A stretch of DNA of 39,056 nucleotides from a virus. The notes below the pieces were generated by a model. It saw only the letters and a program-made list of their open reading frames with translations, searched no databases and had not been told where the DNA came from. Within the stretch, counting starts at the first letter, position 1. Every line of letters begins with the position of its first letter. The stretch is taken from positions 1-39,056 of the IMG/VR virus record IMGVR_UViG_3300032893_000157; one strand, written 5' to 3'. This document shows positions 22,455-31,995 of this stretch, one piece after another. Position numbers and translations under genes: made by a program.

Positions 22455-23102
22455 TTAAATATCCTTACAGTTACCAGACCAAACATAGTTGCCCATCGCC
22501 GAATGATACCAGATGTTAGTGTGGACTCCGTTTTGATTAACATCTTGACCAAACACCTTGGCCGTATATTTGAAGGTGTCGCCAGTATTAAGCAGCTGTG
22601 AGCCACCTAGCCTGGCCGTCGTGGTAGGCGCGACACGGACATAAGCCGGCCTGATCGCTTCAGCCGTTCCGCCGCCTTGCGGTACTGATGGTTTTGGCCG
22701 AAGCACACCAACTATTCGAGATTTGGGGATAGCTCGCCATACACCAATAGCGCTCTTGCCCAGACCGTCGCCGGTGCCTAAAGCGTTCTGTTCTAATAGA
22801 TAGCCATTACTAGCGTCCTCATGGTCACAGATCCCGATATGCCCATACGGATTGCCTGGATTGCCGTAGAGCACTACTATATCACCTTGCTGACAGTCAG
22901 TTGTCGAGATACGGTCAAACTTCGGTAGCAGAATACCAGGCGTCTTGTACCAGTAATCTATGGCATTTCCATAAACACCACTGGCAATACCAAAACACTC
23001 TTTTACATATTCTAAAATTAGGTCAACACATTGGAATCCGTAAACATGATCATAGTCTACTCGGCGGCCATTCCACTCCGCTTTAAAATCTTGGTAAGAC
23101 AT
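22455..23102 (-). CDS. Endolysin: CHAP domain plus C-terminal SH3b-like cell-wall-binding domain
   Basis: YGFQCVDLILEYV carries the CHAP Cys and PYGHIGICD the CHAP His. The C-terminus AYVRVAPTTTARLGG...NIWYHSAMGNYVWSG is SH3b-like. Start set at the ATG at 23102, behind AAGGAGGG. Confidence 0.8.
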   Translation of the reverse strand: MSYQDFKAEWNGRRVDYDHVYGFQCVDLILEYVKECFGIASGVYGNAIDYWYKTPGILLPKFDRISTTDCQQGDIVVLYGNPGNPYGHIGICDHEDASNGYLLEQNALGTGDGLGKSAIGVWRAIPKSRIVGVLRPKPSVPQGGGTAEAIRPAYVRVAPTTTARLGGSQLLNTGDTFKYTAKVFGQDVNQNGVHTNIWYHSAMGNYVWSGNCKDI

Positions 23103-23112
23103 GCTACCCTCC

Positions 23113-23376
23113 TTATTTAAGTCCACTACGGCCTAGTATAAAGTACGCCGCCAAATAAGTAACTATGGCCGTTAAGACGGCCGTCAAGGTATGAGACAAC
23201 CAGTACTGCCTCTTAAAGGCTGCAAACTCATTACGGGTTATATAGTGGCCATCCATAGCCTGCATAAAGCCCTTGATTTCCTTAATGTCGCCCTTGATTT
23301 CGGTAATATCTAACTGAGTACTTGACATTTGATTTTGAAGCACGGCTATCTCCACACTCTCTTGTTTAGTTGCCAT
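23113..23376 (-). CDS. Coiled-coil protein with C-terminal TM anchor (lysis-cassette membrane protein)
   Basis: 87 aa; C-terminal LSHTLTAVLTAIVTYLAAYFIL. Confidence 0.5.
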   Translation of the reverse strand: MATKQESVEIAVLQNQMSSTQLDITEIKGDIKEIKGFMQAMDGHYITRNEFAAFKRQYWLSHTLTAVLTAIVTYLAAYFILGRSGLK

Positions 23377-23377
23377 A

Positions 23378-23560
23378 TCACTTTAGCCCCAGGTGTTTAT
23401 GAATTTCGCTTATCTTGCGTTGGTGTTCCTCGTGACGACGTAACCAAGCGCGGCCTTTCCAAAAATACAGAGCTACCGAAGCTATTATACCAGCCACCCA
23501 ATTCGGCCAGACCGGTACATAAATATCTTGATAGATCCAGTGATGTAAAAACTGCATCAT
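23378..23560 (-). CDS. Small membrane protein (60 aa)
   Basis: Hydrophobic WPNWVAGIIASVALYFW followed by a basic tail. Confidence 0.5.
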   Translation of the reverse strand: MMQFLHHWIYQDIYVPVWPNWVAGIIASVALYFWKGRAWLRRHEEHQRKISEIHKHLGLK

Positions 23561-23817
23561 TTATAGCCCTTCGCCATAGCTGCTACTTTACCCCTCAAGT
23601 TATCCATCTGGTTAGCGGCACTATTAGCTAGTGCCTTAGCCTTCTTAGGATTAACCATCTTGACTCGCTTTAAACTAGTGACCGCGCCCATAGCGTGATC
23701 AGTAAAGTGAGACATGTTATAAGTAACAGATTGCGAAGCGTGCTTATCAGTCATCTTAGCATCCATAGGTGTTGGTGGTACGTCTGCGCCTTTAGCGCCA
23801 GAATACATCTTAGCCAT
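23557..23817 (-). CDS. Small basic protein ending in KGYK
   Basis: 86-aa ORF with C-terminus AAMAKGYK. Confidence 0.55.
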   Translation of the reverse strand: MAKMYSGAKGADVPPTPMDAKMTDKHASQSVTYNMSHFTDHAMGAVTSLKRVKMVNPKKAKALANSAANQMDNLRGKVAAMAKGYK

Positions 23818-23986
23818 TTTTCTTTTTCCTTAAATTCTTAGCAGCTTGCTTGGCCGAATTTAAATGAGCCGGCAAGCTCTTAATATTAGGAGTCTCAGCT
23901 GCCCACGTTTGAGCCTTAGCCTTCATTGTTGGCCCTAGATAACCGCCGAAGGCGGCTCTCATTTGTGCCTGGCTTTTAAATGGCAT
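23810..23986 (-). CDS. Small basic protein (58 aa), absent from the ORF track
   Basis: ATG at 23986 overlaps the upstream TAA (TAATG), and its stop overlaps the next start. Sequence MPFKSQAQMRAAFGGYLGPTMKAKAQTWAAETPNIKSLPAHLNSAKQAAKNLRKKKNG. Confidence 0.5.
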   Translation of the reverse strand: MPFKSQAQMRAAFGGYLGPTMKAKAQTWAAETPNIKSLPAHLNSAKQAAKNLRKKKNG

Positions 23987-24189
23987 TAGCGGCCTGCCTT
24001 TGACATTGCTGCCATCCGCTTAGCACCATGCGCGGCTCGGCCGGCGTTAGCAGCTACCGCTGCACCAATCTGCTTAGCCTTCTTAGCCGAATAGCCTTTT
24101 TTAATATATTGTGAGGCCACACTACCACTGACATTATCAAAACGTGTGCCCGTCCCTAATTTACCCTTTGGCTGATAACCTTTATTCAT
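23986..24189 (-). CDS. Small basic protein with two KGY motifs
   Basis: 67 aa; MNKGYQPKG... and ...YIKKGYSAKKAKQ; Lys/Ala/Gly-rich. Confidence 0.55.
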   Translation of the reverse strand: MNKGYQPKGKLGTGTRFDNVSGSVASQYIKKGYSAKKAKQIGAAVAANAGRAAHGAKRMAAMSKAGR

Positions 24190-24191
24190 AA

Positions 24192-24395
24192 CTAAACCTC
24201 TTGCTCCTCTTCTTGTAAGCTAGAGTCTTGCGGTAAGTAACCCGAAGTTCTGACTGCATGATCAAGCTTCATTTTCTTAAATTTCTTACTGCGGCTATTT
24301 TTTTTATGAGCCGCTGTATAGCCTTTGGCTATGATCTTATCAACTGGGACTGGTGCTCTCGGAGTCTGATAACCCTTAGTTATTGTCGTCGCCAT
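24192..24395 (-). CDS. Small basic protein with two KGY motifs
   Basis: Start taken at the second ATG (GGAG 8 nt upstream); the track start is 24410. Contains TITKGYQTPR and IIAKGYTAAHKK. Confidence 0.5.
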   Translation of the reverse strand: MATTITKGYQTPRAPVPVDKIIAKGYTAAHKKNSRSKKFKKMKLDHAVRTSGYLPQDSSLQEEEQEV

Positions 24396-24633
24396 TGTCT
24401 TCTCCGTCATCGACGCTTACATCTTGTATTTCAAAGCTAGCATGATAGGATCCGTCAGGATCTTGGTGCATCGAAGTCTGCTTAACGGTCATTTCAAGAT
24501 CATAGGTTCCACCAACTTTCCAGTTCTTGATGTCTTTAAGATCGTCGCTGCTTAAGCTGAGAGTAGATGGCATTTTCACATCACCGTCGTAAGCCTTTAA
24601 GATAGTTTTATTCTTAGAATACCCCTTGATCAC
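24376..24633 (-). CDS. Small protein with N-terminal KGY motif and acidic tail
   Basis: 85 aa; MIKGYSKNK...; ends DDGEDNGDDNN. Confidence 0.55.
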   Translation of the reverse strand: MIKGYSKNKTILKAYDGDVKMPSTLSLSSDDLKDIKNWKVGGTYDLEMTVKQTSMHQDPDGSYHASFEIQDVSVDDGEDNGDDNN

Positions 24634-27362
24634 TGTGTTGCTCCTGACAAATCAAGACCACTAATCCCATTACTCAGTAAATCTTGTACGTTATTGTTAT
24701 TCGGCTGAACATAGTTAGCCTCGATGCTTAAGTATTGCTGCATGAAATCCTGAATACGTTGTGCGATTCGGCTTAGTTTAACTTGAGCTGACTTCTGGGT
24801 ATCCGAAGTATTAGGCATTTGATCTAATAAAGCAGACAACTCGGCTTTAGAAGTGCCATAGCCTAGAGCCTTAGCTATATCCGGTAGGACTTCCTGTATA
24901 GAGGCGTTGACATTTTGCACACCCTGGCCGCCAGGCAGACTTACGCCTAAAGGCTTCATGCTTAGAATCTTGCTAAATAAACCCTCACCGGTCGAATGTG
25001 TGCTATTAAAGGCCGCTTGGATTGCGTTTAGACCGCTCATAGCTTGCTGTGCGCTCTGAACTTGTGAAGCAGCGGTGGCTGTTAAGGGTTTGTTGCCGGC
25101 ATTTGCAGCTGTTTCGGCCTGTTTCTCTTGAGCATTGAAAATCGAATAAAGAGTATTCAGTTTGCTGAGATTCTTACCACCAGTCTGTTGCAGATCAAGA
25201 ATCATAGCGTCCTGAATTCTTTGAGTAGTGGCCTTTAGGCTCTCAGCTTCTTTGGCGGCTTGAGCCTGATCAGGCGTTAGCTGGCTAGCTAACTGGGCAT
25301 TAGCGTCAGTTGGTTGTGGCGCTTGAGCTACAGGCGGTTGTGCTGGTTGAGGTTGTGCCACAGCAGCGCCCGTAGCGCCAGCAATCGGCCCCACTACATG
25401 CGGTGCAGCAGCAGCTATCGCTTGATTAACCGGCTCCGGTAGCTGATTAGCAACAGCTGCGCCAGTTTTACCTATAACGTTACCTACATTGCCTAGGCTG
25501 CGGCCGATCAGACCTGGCTGACCATTATTTCTGTCTAAGAATCTGACTACCTTATCCTGAGCAGCTTCGGCCATCGAATTAACGGCCTGACTGTGATAGG
25601 AAATTGGAATACCTGTCATGTGGACTCTCGCCATTGTCTGACCACCGGCGTTAGCTAACATCTTAATCGAATCGAGATGCGTAGAAGCTTGATCTAATAG
25701 TTTACCAACATCAGGATTGTTGGCTTTGAGTGTGTCATTTATAGCGGTGTATAGATCGTGACCGACATCGGTAGCAACCGTATCAGCAGCGCTAGGATTA
25801 GTGATTTTAGTCCAAGGAATATGATCGCCTAACTCACGTTTCAGTTGATTAACCTGTGCGCTCGTTAGGGTTTTGGACTGTCCGGCAATATTCTGTAGAG
25901 CCTTTTTAGCGATATTGACGTAGTTCTTAACGCTGGCACCGGCTTCACCCTCTAATCCCGTTCCAACGGATTTTTGAGCCGTGTCGTCTATAAGTTTATT
26001 TAGATCGGATACTTGGTAAGAGGCTTTGCTAGCCGCTAGCTTAGTCTGTATTTGCTTCTCAGTGTCACTTAGAGCTGGCAACATGTAATTACGGATTTTA
26101 TTCAAGACACTACCTTTAGCACCTGTAGATATTGTATTTTCTACAGCTTTGCTGACTCTCTGCTCACCAAACTTATTAATATTTTGGCCGGTATAACCGT
26201 TGCCTTGCATATTAATTAGATGTCGGCTACTAACTTTAGCAGGCGGTGGCGTGGTTGGTTCCGGTGCGACGCCGGCTTTTACCTTAGCCTGATCCATAAG
26301 AGCTTGTTTTTCATCCGCACTTAACCCAGCATTAGGATTCATGCCCTGATCTGGTAGTTGAGCAATAAGCTTCTGTTCGGTGGCAGTATCACCAGCATTG
26401 TGAGCCGCCTCTATTTGGGTTTGTAGCTCAGCGGCCGGTCGTGGCGGAGTCTTAGGCCCAGCTAGTATATCTGGTTGAGCCGTCCCGATATTACCGCCTG
26501 CCGGCATTATTTTCCCTGCATCACCTTCTAGGACTTGCATAGCTGAGTCTTGAGCAGCCGGATCGTGTAGTTGAGTGATGTATTTGAGAGCAGATCCCCG
26601 ATCATTACTGGCAATCGCAAATTGTATTTTGCTGCGCGTGACCTGATCTTCGGCTAATTGTTCAGGTGTTAGAGTGCGCGAAATAGCGCCTTTTTCAGCA
26701 TCACTTAAGGCCGGTGCAGCTATAGGCTGTTCAGCAGGGGTCGGTACTGTAATAGGGGTAACTTCTTTGTTGCCACTCATAACTGTGACTTCTGGGGTAG
26801 TTGGCTCAGTCTTAGCAGCAATTGATCGGCCAACTCCAGCTCCGACTTTGCTTAATACTCCGCCAGCTGCGCCACCAATCAATGCGCCCTTTATAATATC
26901 GCCAGGTGTTGCACCAGGCTGTGCAGCCGTTCCTAAACCACCAAAAGCTGCGCCTTGACCTATTGTTCGTCTAGTGATGACGCTTGCCAGTGCTTTTTCT
27001 GCCGCTTGTTGAGCTGCAATATCGCCAGTCTCTTTGGCTGCCAGAGCACCAGCTTTGGCAGCATCAAAAGTTGCTCCGCTAGCAGGGTTAATAAGGTAAA
27101 GCGGTAGCTGAGCGCCAGCCAGTAATGTGCCTCTGTAGCCAATTTTTCCTTGCGCCGCGGCAGCATTTTCTAAAGCTTGACGGTTGCCTGTTAATAAAGC
27201 TGCGCCGGCTTTAATAGGGTTTTCAAAAACGTCAGTAATAGGCTTAACTGCGCCACCAATAATCCGCTGGAGTAATCCTTGTGGCTGCGGGTTAGCCTGA
27301 GCTTGTTGAGCTTGTTGAGTATTGTAATTACTCGCTACATCCATTAAGTCAGAAAACGACAT
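24630..27362 (-). CDS. Large Ala/Gln/Gly-rich virion protein (internal/ejection protein or tape-measure-like)
   Basis: 910 aa with low-complexity Ala/Gln/Gly/Pro stretches and no enzymatic motif seen. Position after the nozzle-like and fibre genes resembles podovirus internal core proteins. Confidence 0.35.
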   Translation of the reverse strand: MSFSDLMDVASNYNTQQAQQAQANPQPQGLLQRIIGGAVKPITDVFENPIKAGAALLTGNRQALENAAAAQGKIGYRGTLLAGAQLPLYLINPASGATFDAAKAGALAAKETGDIAAQQAAEKALASVITRRTIGQGAAFGGLGTAAQPGATPGDIIKGALIGGAAGGVLSKVGAGVGRSIAAKTEPTTPEVTVMSGNKEVTPITVPTPAEQPIAAPALSDAEKGAISRTLTPEQLAEDQVTRSKIQFAIASNDRGSALKYITQLHDPAAQDSAMQVLEGDAGKIMPAGGNIGTAQPDILAGPKTPPRPAAELQTQIEAAHNAGDTATEQKLIAQLPDQGMNPNAGLSADEKQALMDQAKVKAGVAPEPTTPPPAKVSSRHLINMQGNGYTGQNINKFGEQRVSKAVENTISTGAKGSVLNKIRNYMLPALSDTEKQIQTKLAASKASYQVSDLNKLIDDTAQKSVGTGLEGEAGASVKNYVNIAKKALQNIAGQSKTLTSAQVNQLKRELGDHIPWTKITNPSAADTVATDVGHDLYTAINDTLKANNPDVGKLLDQASTHLDSIKMLANAGGQTMARVHMTGIPISYHSQAVNSMAEAAQDKVVRFLDRNNGQPGLIGRSLGNVGNVIGKTGAAVANQLPEPVNQAIAAAAPHVVGPIAGATGAAVAQPQPAQPPVAQAPQPTDANAQLASQLTPDQAQAAKEAESLKATTQRIQDAMILDLQQTGGKNLSKLNTLYSIFNAQEKQAETAANAGNKPLTATAASQVQSAQQAMSGLNAIQAAFNSTHSTGEGLFSKILSMKPLGVSLPGGQGVQNVNASIQEVLPDIAKALGYGTSKAELSALLDQMPNTSDTQKSAQVKLSRIAQRIQDFMQQYLSIEANYVQPNNNNVQDLLSNGISGLDLSGATQ

Positions 27363-28321
27363 TATCTACCACCGTAGTGTTGAACCGGCGTAGGCAATAG
27401 GCTAACCAAGTAATTACCCAGCTTGCCAGGATCGGCCAACGCGCCTTTACGATTCTTGTTATCCATAAGCTGCTGTACCACACTCTTATAGTTATTATCA
27501 AACAAATGGTACTTATCATTAGCGAAGTAGGCTGCAATTTTAGCCTGATCACCAGTATTACCTCTGACGGCGCTTTGTAGAGTAGCTTTAAAGTCGCTAA
27601 GCACAGAATTAGCGTTACCCATAAACTTTTGAATAGCCATATTAGCATCACTGACAGCGGCGACATTTTGAAGATGTTGGACTTGCTGCGGTGTGGCTTT
27701 TGGCTTAACTGCTACGCCTGGTTTATTAGTAACCGCTCCTTGAGTCGATGGCCCAAAGAGGCTAGATAGATCAAGGCCGCCACTACTACCTCTAGGCGTA
27801 AGATTAAATTCTCTTTGCCTTTCAGCCAGATCGGCGTTAAATTGCCTCTGTTGCTCGGCCAGTGAAGCCGCTTGAGCCTTCTGTTGAGCTTGAAACTGCT
27901 CAGCGGCGCTAGCAGCATTGTACTGGTCAAGTAAGGATTGGTACTTCTGAGCATCGCCTTGCATAAGTGCTGAGGCCATCTGATTAGCTAGATTCTCACT
28001 TGTGGATAATTGTTGCTGAGCATTAGCCAGACCAGTTTGTTGCTGGCCTAAGTTAGTTAGGATAGGTTGCTGCTCACGACTAACTAAAGCTTGTCGCTGC
28101 GCTTCGGTGGTAAATGTGCCTGAAGTTCGGCCAGTAACAGATGGATCAACCGCGGCGGCTGAATTCTGTAAGTTGTTAACAAGGCTCTCTAGGTTAGAGA
28201 CATTACTTTCCGCACCAGTTACATTGTATTTCTGGTTAGCCTGGGTAATATAGTCACTGGCCTGCGGTCTGTTAGCCGAGAAACTTTGTAATGCTGAGTA
28301 TGCGGCTGATGCTGGAGGCAT
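27362..28321 (-). CDS. Gln/Ala-rich virion protein (internal-protein-like)
   Basis: 319 aa with coiled-coil-prone Q/A-rich sequence. Preceded by stem-loop element H3, and 1-nt overlap with the 910-aa gene. Confidence 0.35.
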   Translation of the reverse strand: MPPASAAYSALQSFSANRPQASDYITQANQKYNVTGAESNVSNLESLVNNLQNSAAAVDPSVTGRTSGTFTTEAQRQALVSREQQPILTNLGQQQTGLANAQQQLSTSENLANQMASALMQGDAQKYQSLLDQYNAASAAEQFQAQQKAQAASLAEQQRQFNADLAERQREFNLTPRGSSGGLDLSSLFGPSTQGAVTNKPGVAVKPKATPQQVQHLQNVAAVSDANMAIQKFMGNANSVLSDFKATLQSAVRGNTGDQAKIAAYFANDKYHLFDNNYKSVVQQLMDNKNRKGALADPGKLGNYLVSLLPTPVQHYGGR

Positions 28322-28332
28322 TGTACTTTCCT

Positions 28333-28362
28333 AATAAAAAAACTCCACAATTAGCTGCGGAG
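28333..28362 (-). terminator. Conserved stem-loop + U-tract element H3
   Basis: Minus strand reads CTCCGCA-gctaat-TGTGGAG then TTTTTTTATTA, followed by GGAAAG and the ATG at 28321. The plus-strand A/C mismatch becomes G-U in the minus-strand RNA. Confidence 0.6.
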
Positions 28363-28404
28363 CCGTTAAGTTTATTGTAGTATAAGTAACCATACAACTC
28401 AAGG

Positions 28405-29166
28405 CTAGAAGGGACTGCTTAAATATTTTGCTACTGTAACATATATAGCGGTCTTGCCAGCTATCGCTGCGTCACCTGAGCCACCAGGGATTATATTCCT
28501 TGCACAAAACGGCTTTGAGTTATCTTGGATTAGCCAAGGGCCGCGCGGTATGCTATTTGCGCCTACTCCAGTTAGAACTCTATAAGGAAAAGCTAGCCGT
28601 GTACCGTTATCGGGGGCCGGCAAAGCGTAATTGACAGTACCGCCGTTATTGTAAGCCGCTCCGTTATTACCTGACAAAACATGGAAATCTAAGCTAAACA
28701 TGGCCGCATTTTGAAATTGGCTAGCACCTTCAGCAATTATTCCCATATTTATGCCTGCCCAGATGCCGGAACCAGTCCCAGGAAAACTCCACGCTTTCAA
28801 GTTTATGTTTGTGCAATCGAAAATAATGTCACCAACCGACGGCGTAAATAGAGGATAGCCATCACCATAATTAAGGCCAGGTGAATCATAACTGACTATA
28901 AATGGCCCCAGTATAGTGACGTATGGTTTGTTTTGGTTTAGATTGACGGTTGTGCCGCCAATTGTAATGCCACCGCCAGTTATAGATATGTTACCGGCTG
29001 TTATTTGATTATTACCAGGATCAAGCACTGGGCCGTCAGTACCGACTTTGACTGGCCCCAGTAAAGTGCCACTTTCAATCTTATTAGGATTAACTAGATC
29101 GGCTGCGCCGCCACCAGTATCAAAGAATTGTTTAGGGTAAGAATCGTTAGAATTTATTGTCGCCAT
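28405..29166 (-). CDS. Putative tail fibre/spike-associated protein
   Basis: 253 aa, Gly/Asn-rich and beta-type (ITAGNISITGGGITIGGTTVNL). Lies in the tail block. Confidence 0.4.
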   Translation of the reverse strand: MATINSNDSYPKQFFDTGGGAADLVNPNKIESGTLLGPVKVGTDGPVLDPGNNQITAGNISITGGGITIGGTTVNLNQNKPYVTILGPFIVSYDSPGLNYGDGYPLFTPSVGDIIFDCTNINLKAWSFPGTGSGIWAGINMGIIAEGASQFQNAAMFSLDFHVLSGNNGAAYNNGGTVNYALPAPDNGTRLAFPYRVLTGVGANSIPRGPWLIQDNSKPFCARNIIPGGSGDAAIAGKTAIYVTVAKYLSSPF

Positions 29167-31095
29167 CTAACCTCCTACTGGGCGCTCAGCAACCAGAGGA
29201 TCAACCCAGATGAATAGAGAGGTGATATAAGGTGTTGTTGCGCCAGCTGTGCCATCTAAACCGTAAGTTATCGTTCTAAAGCGTCGATCAATCGCAAAGA
29301 CTAAATATTGACTGTTAGCTGTCACCGCCTCAGTTGAATAAGTGTAATTAGAGTCGTCATCGATCTTATATTTGAGCGTAATTGTGCAATCCGAAGGTGC
29401 TGGATCAAAGGTGCAGATCATATAACCGGCGTTCTTGTAATCATAAGGCCGTTTGTCATCAAAAATTAGGTTGGTCAGCGAGAATGTAGAGGCCGGACTT
29501 GAAGTATTATCTACAACATCAACACCGTAACTAGGTGAGTTGCCGTCATCGCGCCAGGACATATATAAAGTGTCGCCATAGCTCTGTATCATGCCTAATT
29601 TCAGGTTGTTAGAGCCATTATTAAGCTTTGTGCCGGTAGAAATTGAATATGAATAACCCCAGGACAGCGGATATTCTCTTGAAATTACGCCGTAAGAGTA
29701 AATACCATGCTTTAAACTCTGATTAGTGGTGTAACTGGGGTAGCCAACCAGCAAAATACCGCGGTGAACCGTCGTCATGTTTGGGTAAACATGTGTTGTA
29801 TCTTGTACACCAGAGAATGAACTGTCAGTATTTCTAATAGTTCTGATCTTAACTGGCTGATCAGTGCCTTTAATTTGATATAGTGCGCCATTAGAGGTGT
29901 GAGTGACAGTGTTAAGTGATGAAAATAGGGTTTCGGGACTACCTTCTGGCACCGGCCACCAGTCTACATAGGTAGTTGAATAGCCATCCCAAAAGAATAA
30001 TGCACCTTCCTGAAATTGGCCGGTAGTGCTGCGTTTTTCACAACCAATTACAATCATCAAGTTTTTCTGAGCAAAGCCGCACACTTCAAAGCCAGGCGGA
30101 AAAGTTAGACGGTGTCTATTAAAGTCGGCCGTCGTTGGATTGTTTTGCAACGGTTCGTAAGCAGCCAGATAACGGCCATTACCTATTAAAGTGAACTGTA
30201 CAAAATTGCCAACTGGGTGAAGCCCATTCTGCGTACTGACTAGCGCATTGGCCCATAATTCCATGTCACAATCCGATAATTGACTGGCCGTAGTTGTGCC
30301 GGCTGTGCCGTCAGCTACCGTCGAAGTTAAGTGGAAATGATAGGTTAAAGCTGAGCCTGCACCGCTATCACCTCTTTGAATTCGTATCGGACTTGAAAAC
30401 ACAAAATAATTAATCGCATTATTAGTCAGGTTGGCGTTAGTAATCGTGACTGAGCCGAGTGAATTGTTAGCATCGTCATGTAGTGTCAGCGTCCAGTTAC
30501 CAGTACCTCTTGAAACTACTTTTACGCCTATTTGGTAAATTGGCTCAATATCTGAGGTAAAAGTCCGCTTGCTGCTGTTATTTTCAGCAATGGTGGTTTG
30601 TAAGGCGTAGGTTTGGGTACCGCCAGTCTTATAGCAAGTCGTTGAAGTGCTTATACCGTTTTGAAACCAGTTAGGCTCAAATGTCGCACTACCCGATACT
30701 TGCTTAATCCGAGCCACCTTATTTTGCCCAGAAATGTAGAGATGATCAACGTCAGACCGGTAAGCCAGTCCTGCACCGCCATTTTCACCCAGCTCACCAA
30801 CAGCTGACCAAGTACCGCCAGTCGATACCTGATATACCCAGCCAGCATCACCAGCCGCGTAACGTATACCTGAAGTCACTTGATCCATCGCTAAGACTAG
30901 ATCCTTGACTACACCGCCAGTCGTTTCTCTAGTGCCAGGCAGTACCGAAGCTTTGCTAGGATTAGAGCGAAAATCTATGTGTTCGTCATCATAAAACTGA
31001 GCCTGAGTACCTAAACGAGTATCAACTGACTGTCCGCCAAAGAAGTTATTTAATCCAACTGGTACAAAGTTATCGCCAGTAGCTTTTTGAGCCAT
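29167..31095 (-). CDS. Large tail protein (nozzle / tubular-protein-B-like by position)
   Basis: 642 aa, directly after the adaptor-like gene. Beta-rich with repeated W/Y-G patterns. Positional inference only. Confidence 0.3.
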   Translation of the reverse strand: MAQKATGDNFVPVGLNNFFGGQSVDTRLGTQAQFYDDEHIDFRSNPSKASVLPGTRETTGGVVKDLVLAMDQVTSGIRYAAGDAGWVYQVSTGGTWSAVGELGENGGAGLAYRSDVDHLYISGQNKVARIKQVSGSATFEPNWFQNGISTSTTCYKTGGTQTYALQTTIAENNSSKRTFTSDIEPIYQIGVKVVSRGTGNWTLTLHDDANNSLGSVTITNANLTNNAINYFVFSSPIRIQRGDSGAGSALTYHFHLTSTVADGTAGTTTASQLSDCDMELWANALVSTQNGLHPVGNFVQFTLIGNGRYLAAYEPLQNNPTTADFNRHRLTFPPGFEVCGFAQKNLMIVIGCEKRSTTGQFQEGALFFWDGYSTTYVDWWPVPEGSPETLFSSLNTVTHTSNGALYQIKGTDQPVKIRTIRNTDSSFSGVQDTTHVYPNMTTVHRGILLVGYPSYTTNQSLKHGIYSYGVISREYPLSWGYSYSISTGTKLNNGSNNLKLGMIQSYGDTLYMSWRDDGNSPSYGVDVVDNTSSPASTFSLTNLIFDDKRPYDYKNAGYMICTFDPAPSDCTITLKYKIDDDSNYTYSTEAVTANSQYLVFAIDRRFRTITYGLDGTAGATTPYITSLFIWVDPLVAERPVGG

Positions 31096-31098
31096 GAG

Positions 31099-31995
31099 CT
31101 ACCCCGTTATACTTGCCGGAGGATCACCACGCCAAGGATTGTAAACTCTAAATCGTGGCTCCGCGCTTATTACTTGACTTTCGGTAGTGTTGCCATATTC
31201 ATCTTTAGCGCCATCAATTGCCCCTTGGAAAAGACTCAAGAATTCAGAAGCGCGATTGTCGTTACCGCGCTTTAGGTAGTGTCGGTACATAGCATAATCA
31301 ACCGGCCCTTCAAGATATTCTTCTGGCAGATCCATAACCTGACCTATCCGATAAGCTGAGTTACTAGCCGTTGGCCCTTGGTAAAAGTTCTCTAATTCTA
31401 AAGATGTGGCGCTAGTATAAGAAGCAATCCGGTAAAAGTTTTCATCAGTGCCATCAGTGTTTTGTAGCCATTGTCCAGCCATTTTAGCGGTAAAAGTTGT
31501 GCCTGTGCCAGTTACAGTCGTTGTGTTGGTAGTTATTGAGATTGTGCCAGTTGTATAATCATCCTCTGTCATTTGGATATGCTTTGGTGAGAAAACCATC
31601 GTAATTCCATCTGTGACTGAGTTAGCTGGTGTTGGATAAAGCCCAAACTCGTTATTACCTCTAACAAAGTAGTGCGTTGGCCGGCCTTGGATATTTAACA
31701 TATTCATCATGCCCCAAGCCATTTCATCAGGTATCTGCTCCATCGGCGGATTATAGTTGCCGGTGCTTACATAAACTTCCTTTAATTTGAACATGTCAGC
31801 CGCGTACTGATAATACTGCTGTCCAGCTACCAAGTTTGTTGTCCTAGAGTGACGGTTATATTCCCTACCTAGAGCCGCCAGGAATTTAGAGGCTCCAATA
31901 TTCATATCACGTTTAAACTTGATCAGAGAGGTAGCGTCAGTTAGCCCCGATATTTGTTGTGCTAAGGATTGCTGGTCTGACCATGTTATTTTCAT
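31099..31995 (-). CDS. Putative head-tail adaptor / tail tubular-A-like protein
   Basis: 298 aa. Assigned from position ahead of the large tail protein and from overall pattern. Weak call. Confidence 0.3.
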   Translation of the reverse strand: MKITWSDQQSLAQQISGLTDATSLIKFKRDMNIGASKFLAALGREYNRHSRTTNLVAGQQYYQYAADMFKLKEVYVSTGNYNPPMEQIPDEMAWGMMNMLNIQGRPTHYFVRGNNEFGLYPTPANSVTDGITMVFSPKHIQMTEDDYTTGTISITTNTTTVTGTGTTFTAKMAGQWLQNTDGTDENFYRIASYTSATSLELENFYQGPTASNSAYRIGQVMDLPEEYLEGPVDYAMYRHYLKRGNDNRASEFLSLFQGAIDGAKDEYGNTTESQVISAEPRFRVYNPWRGDPPASITG

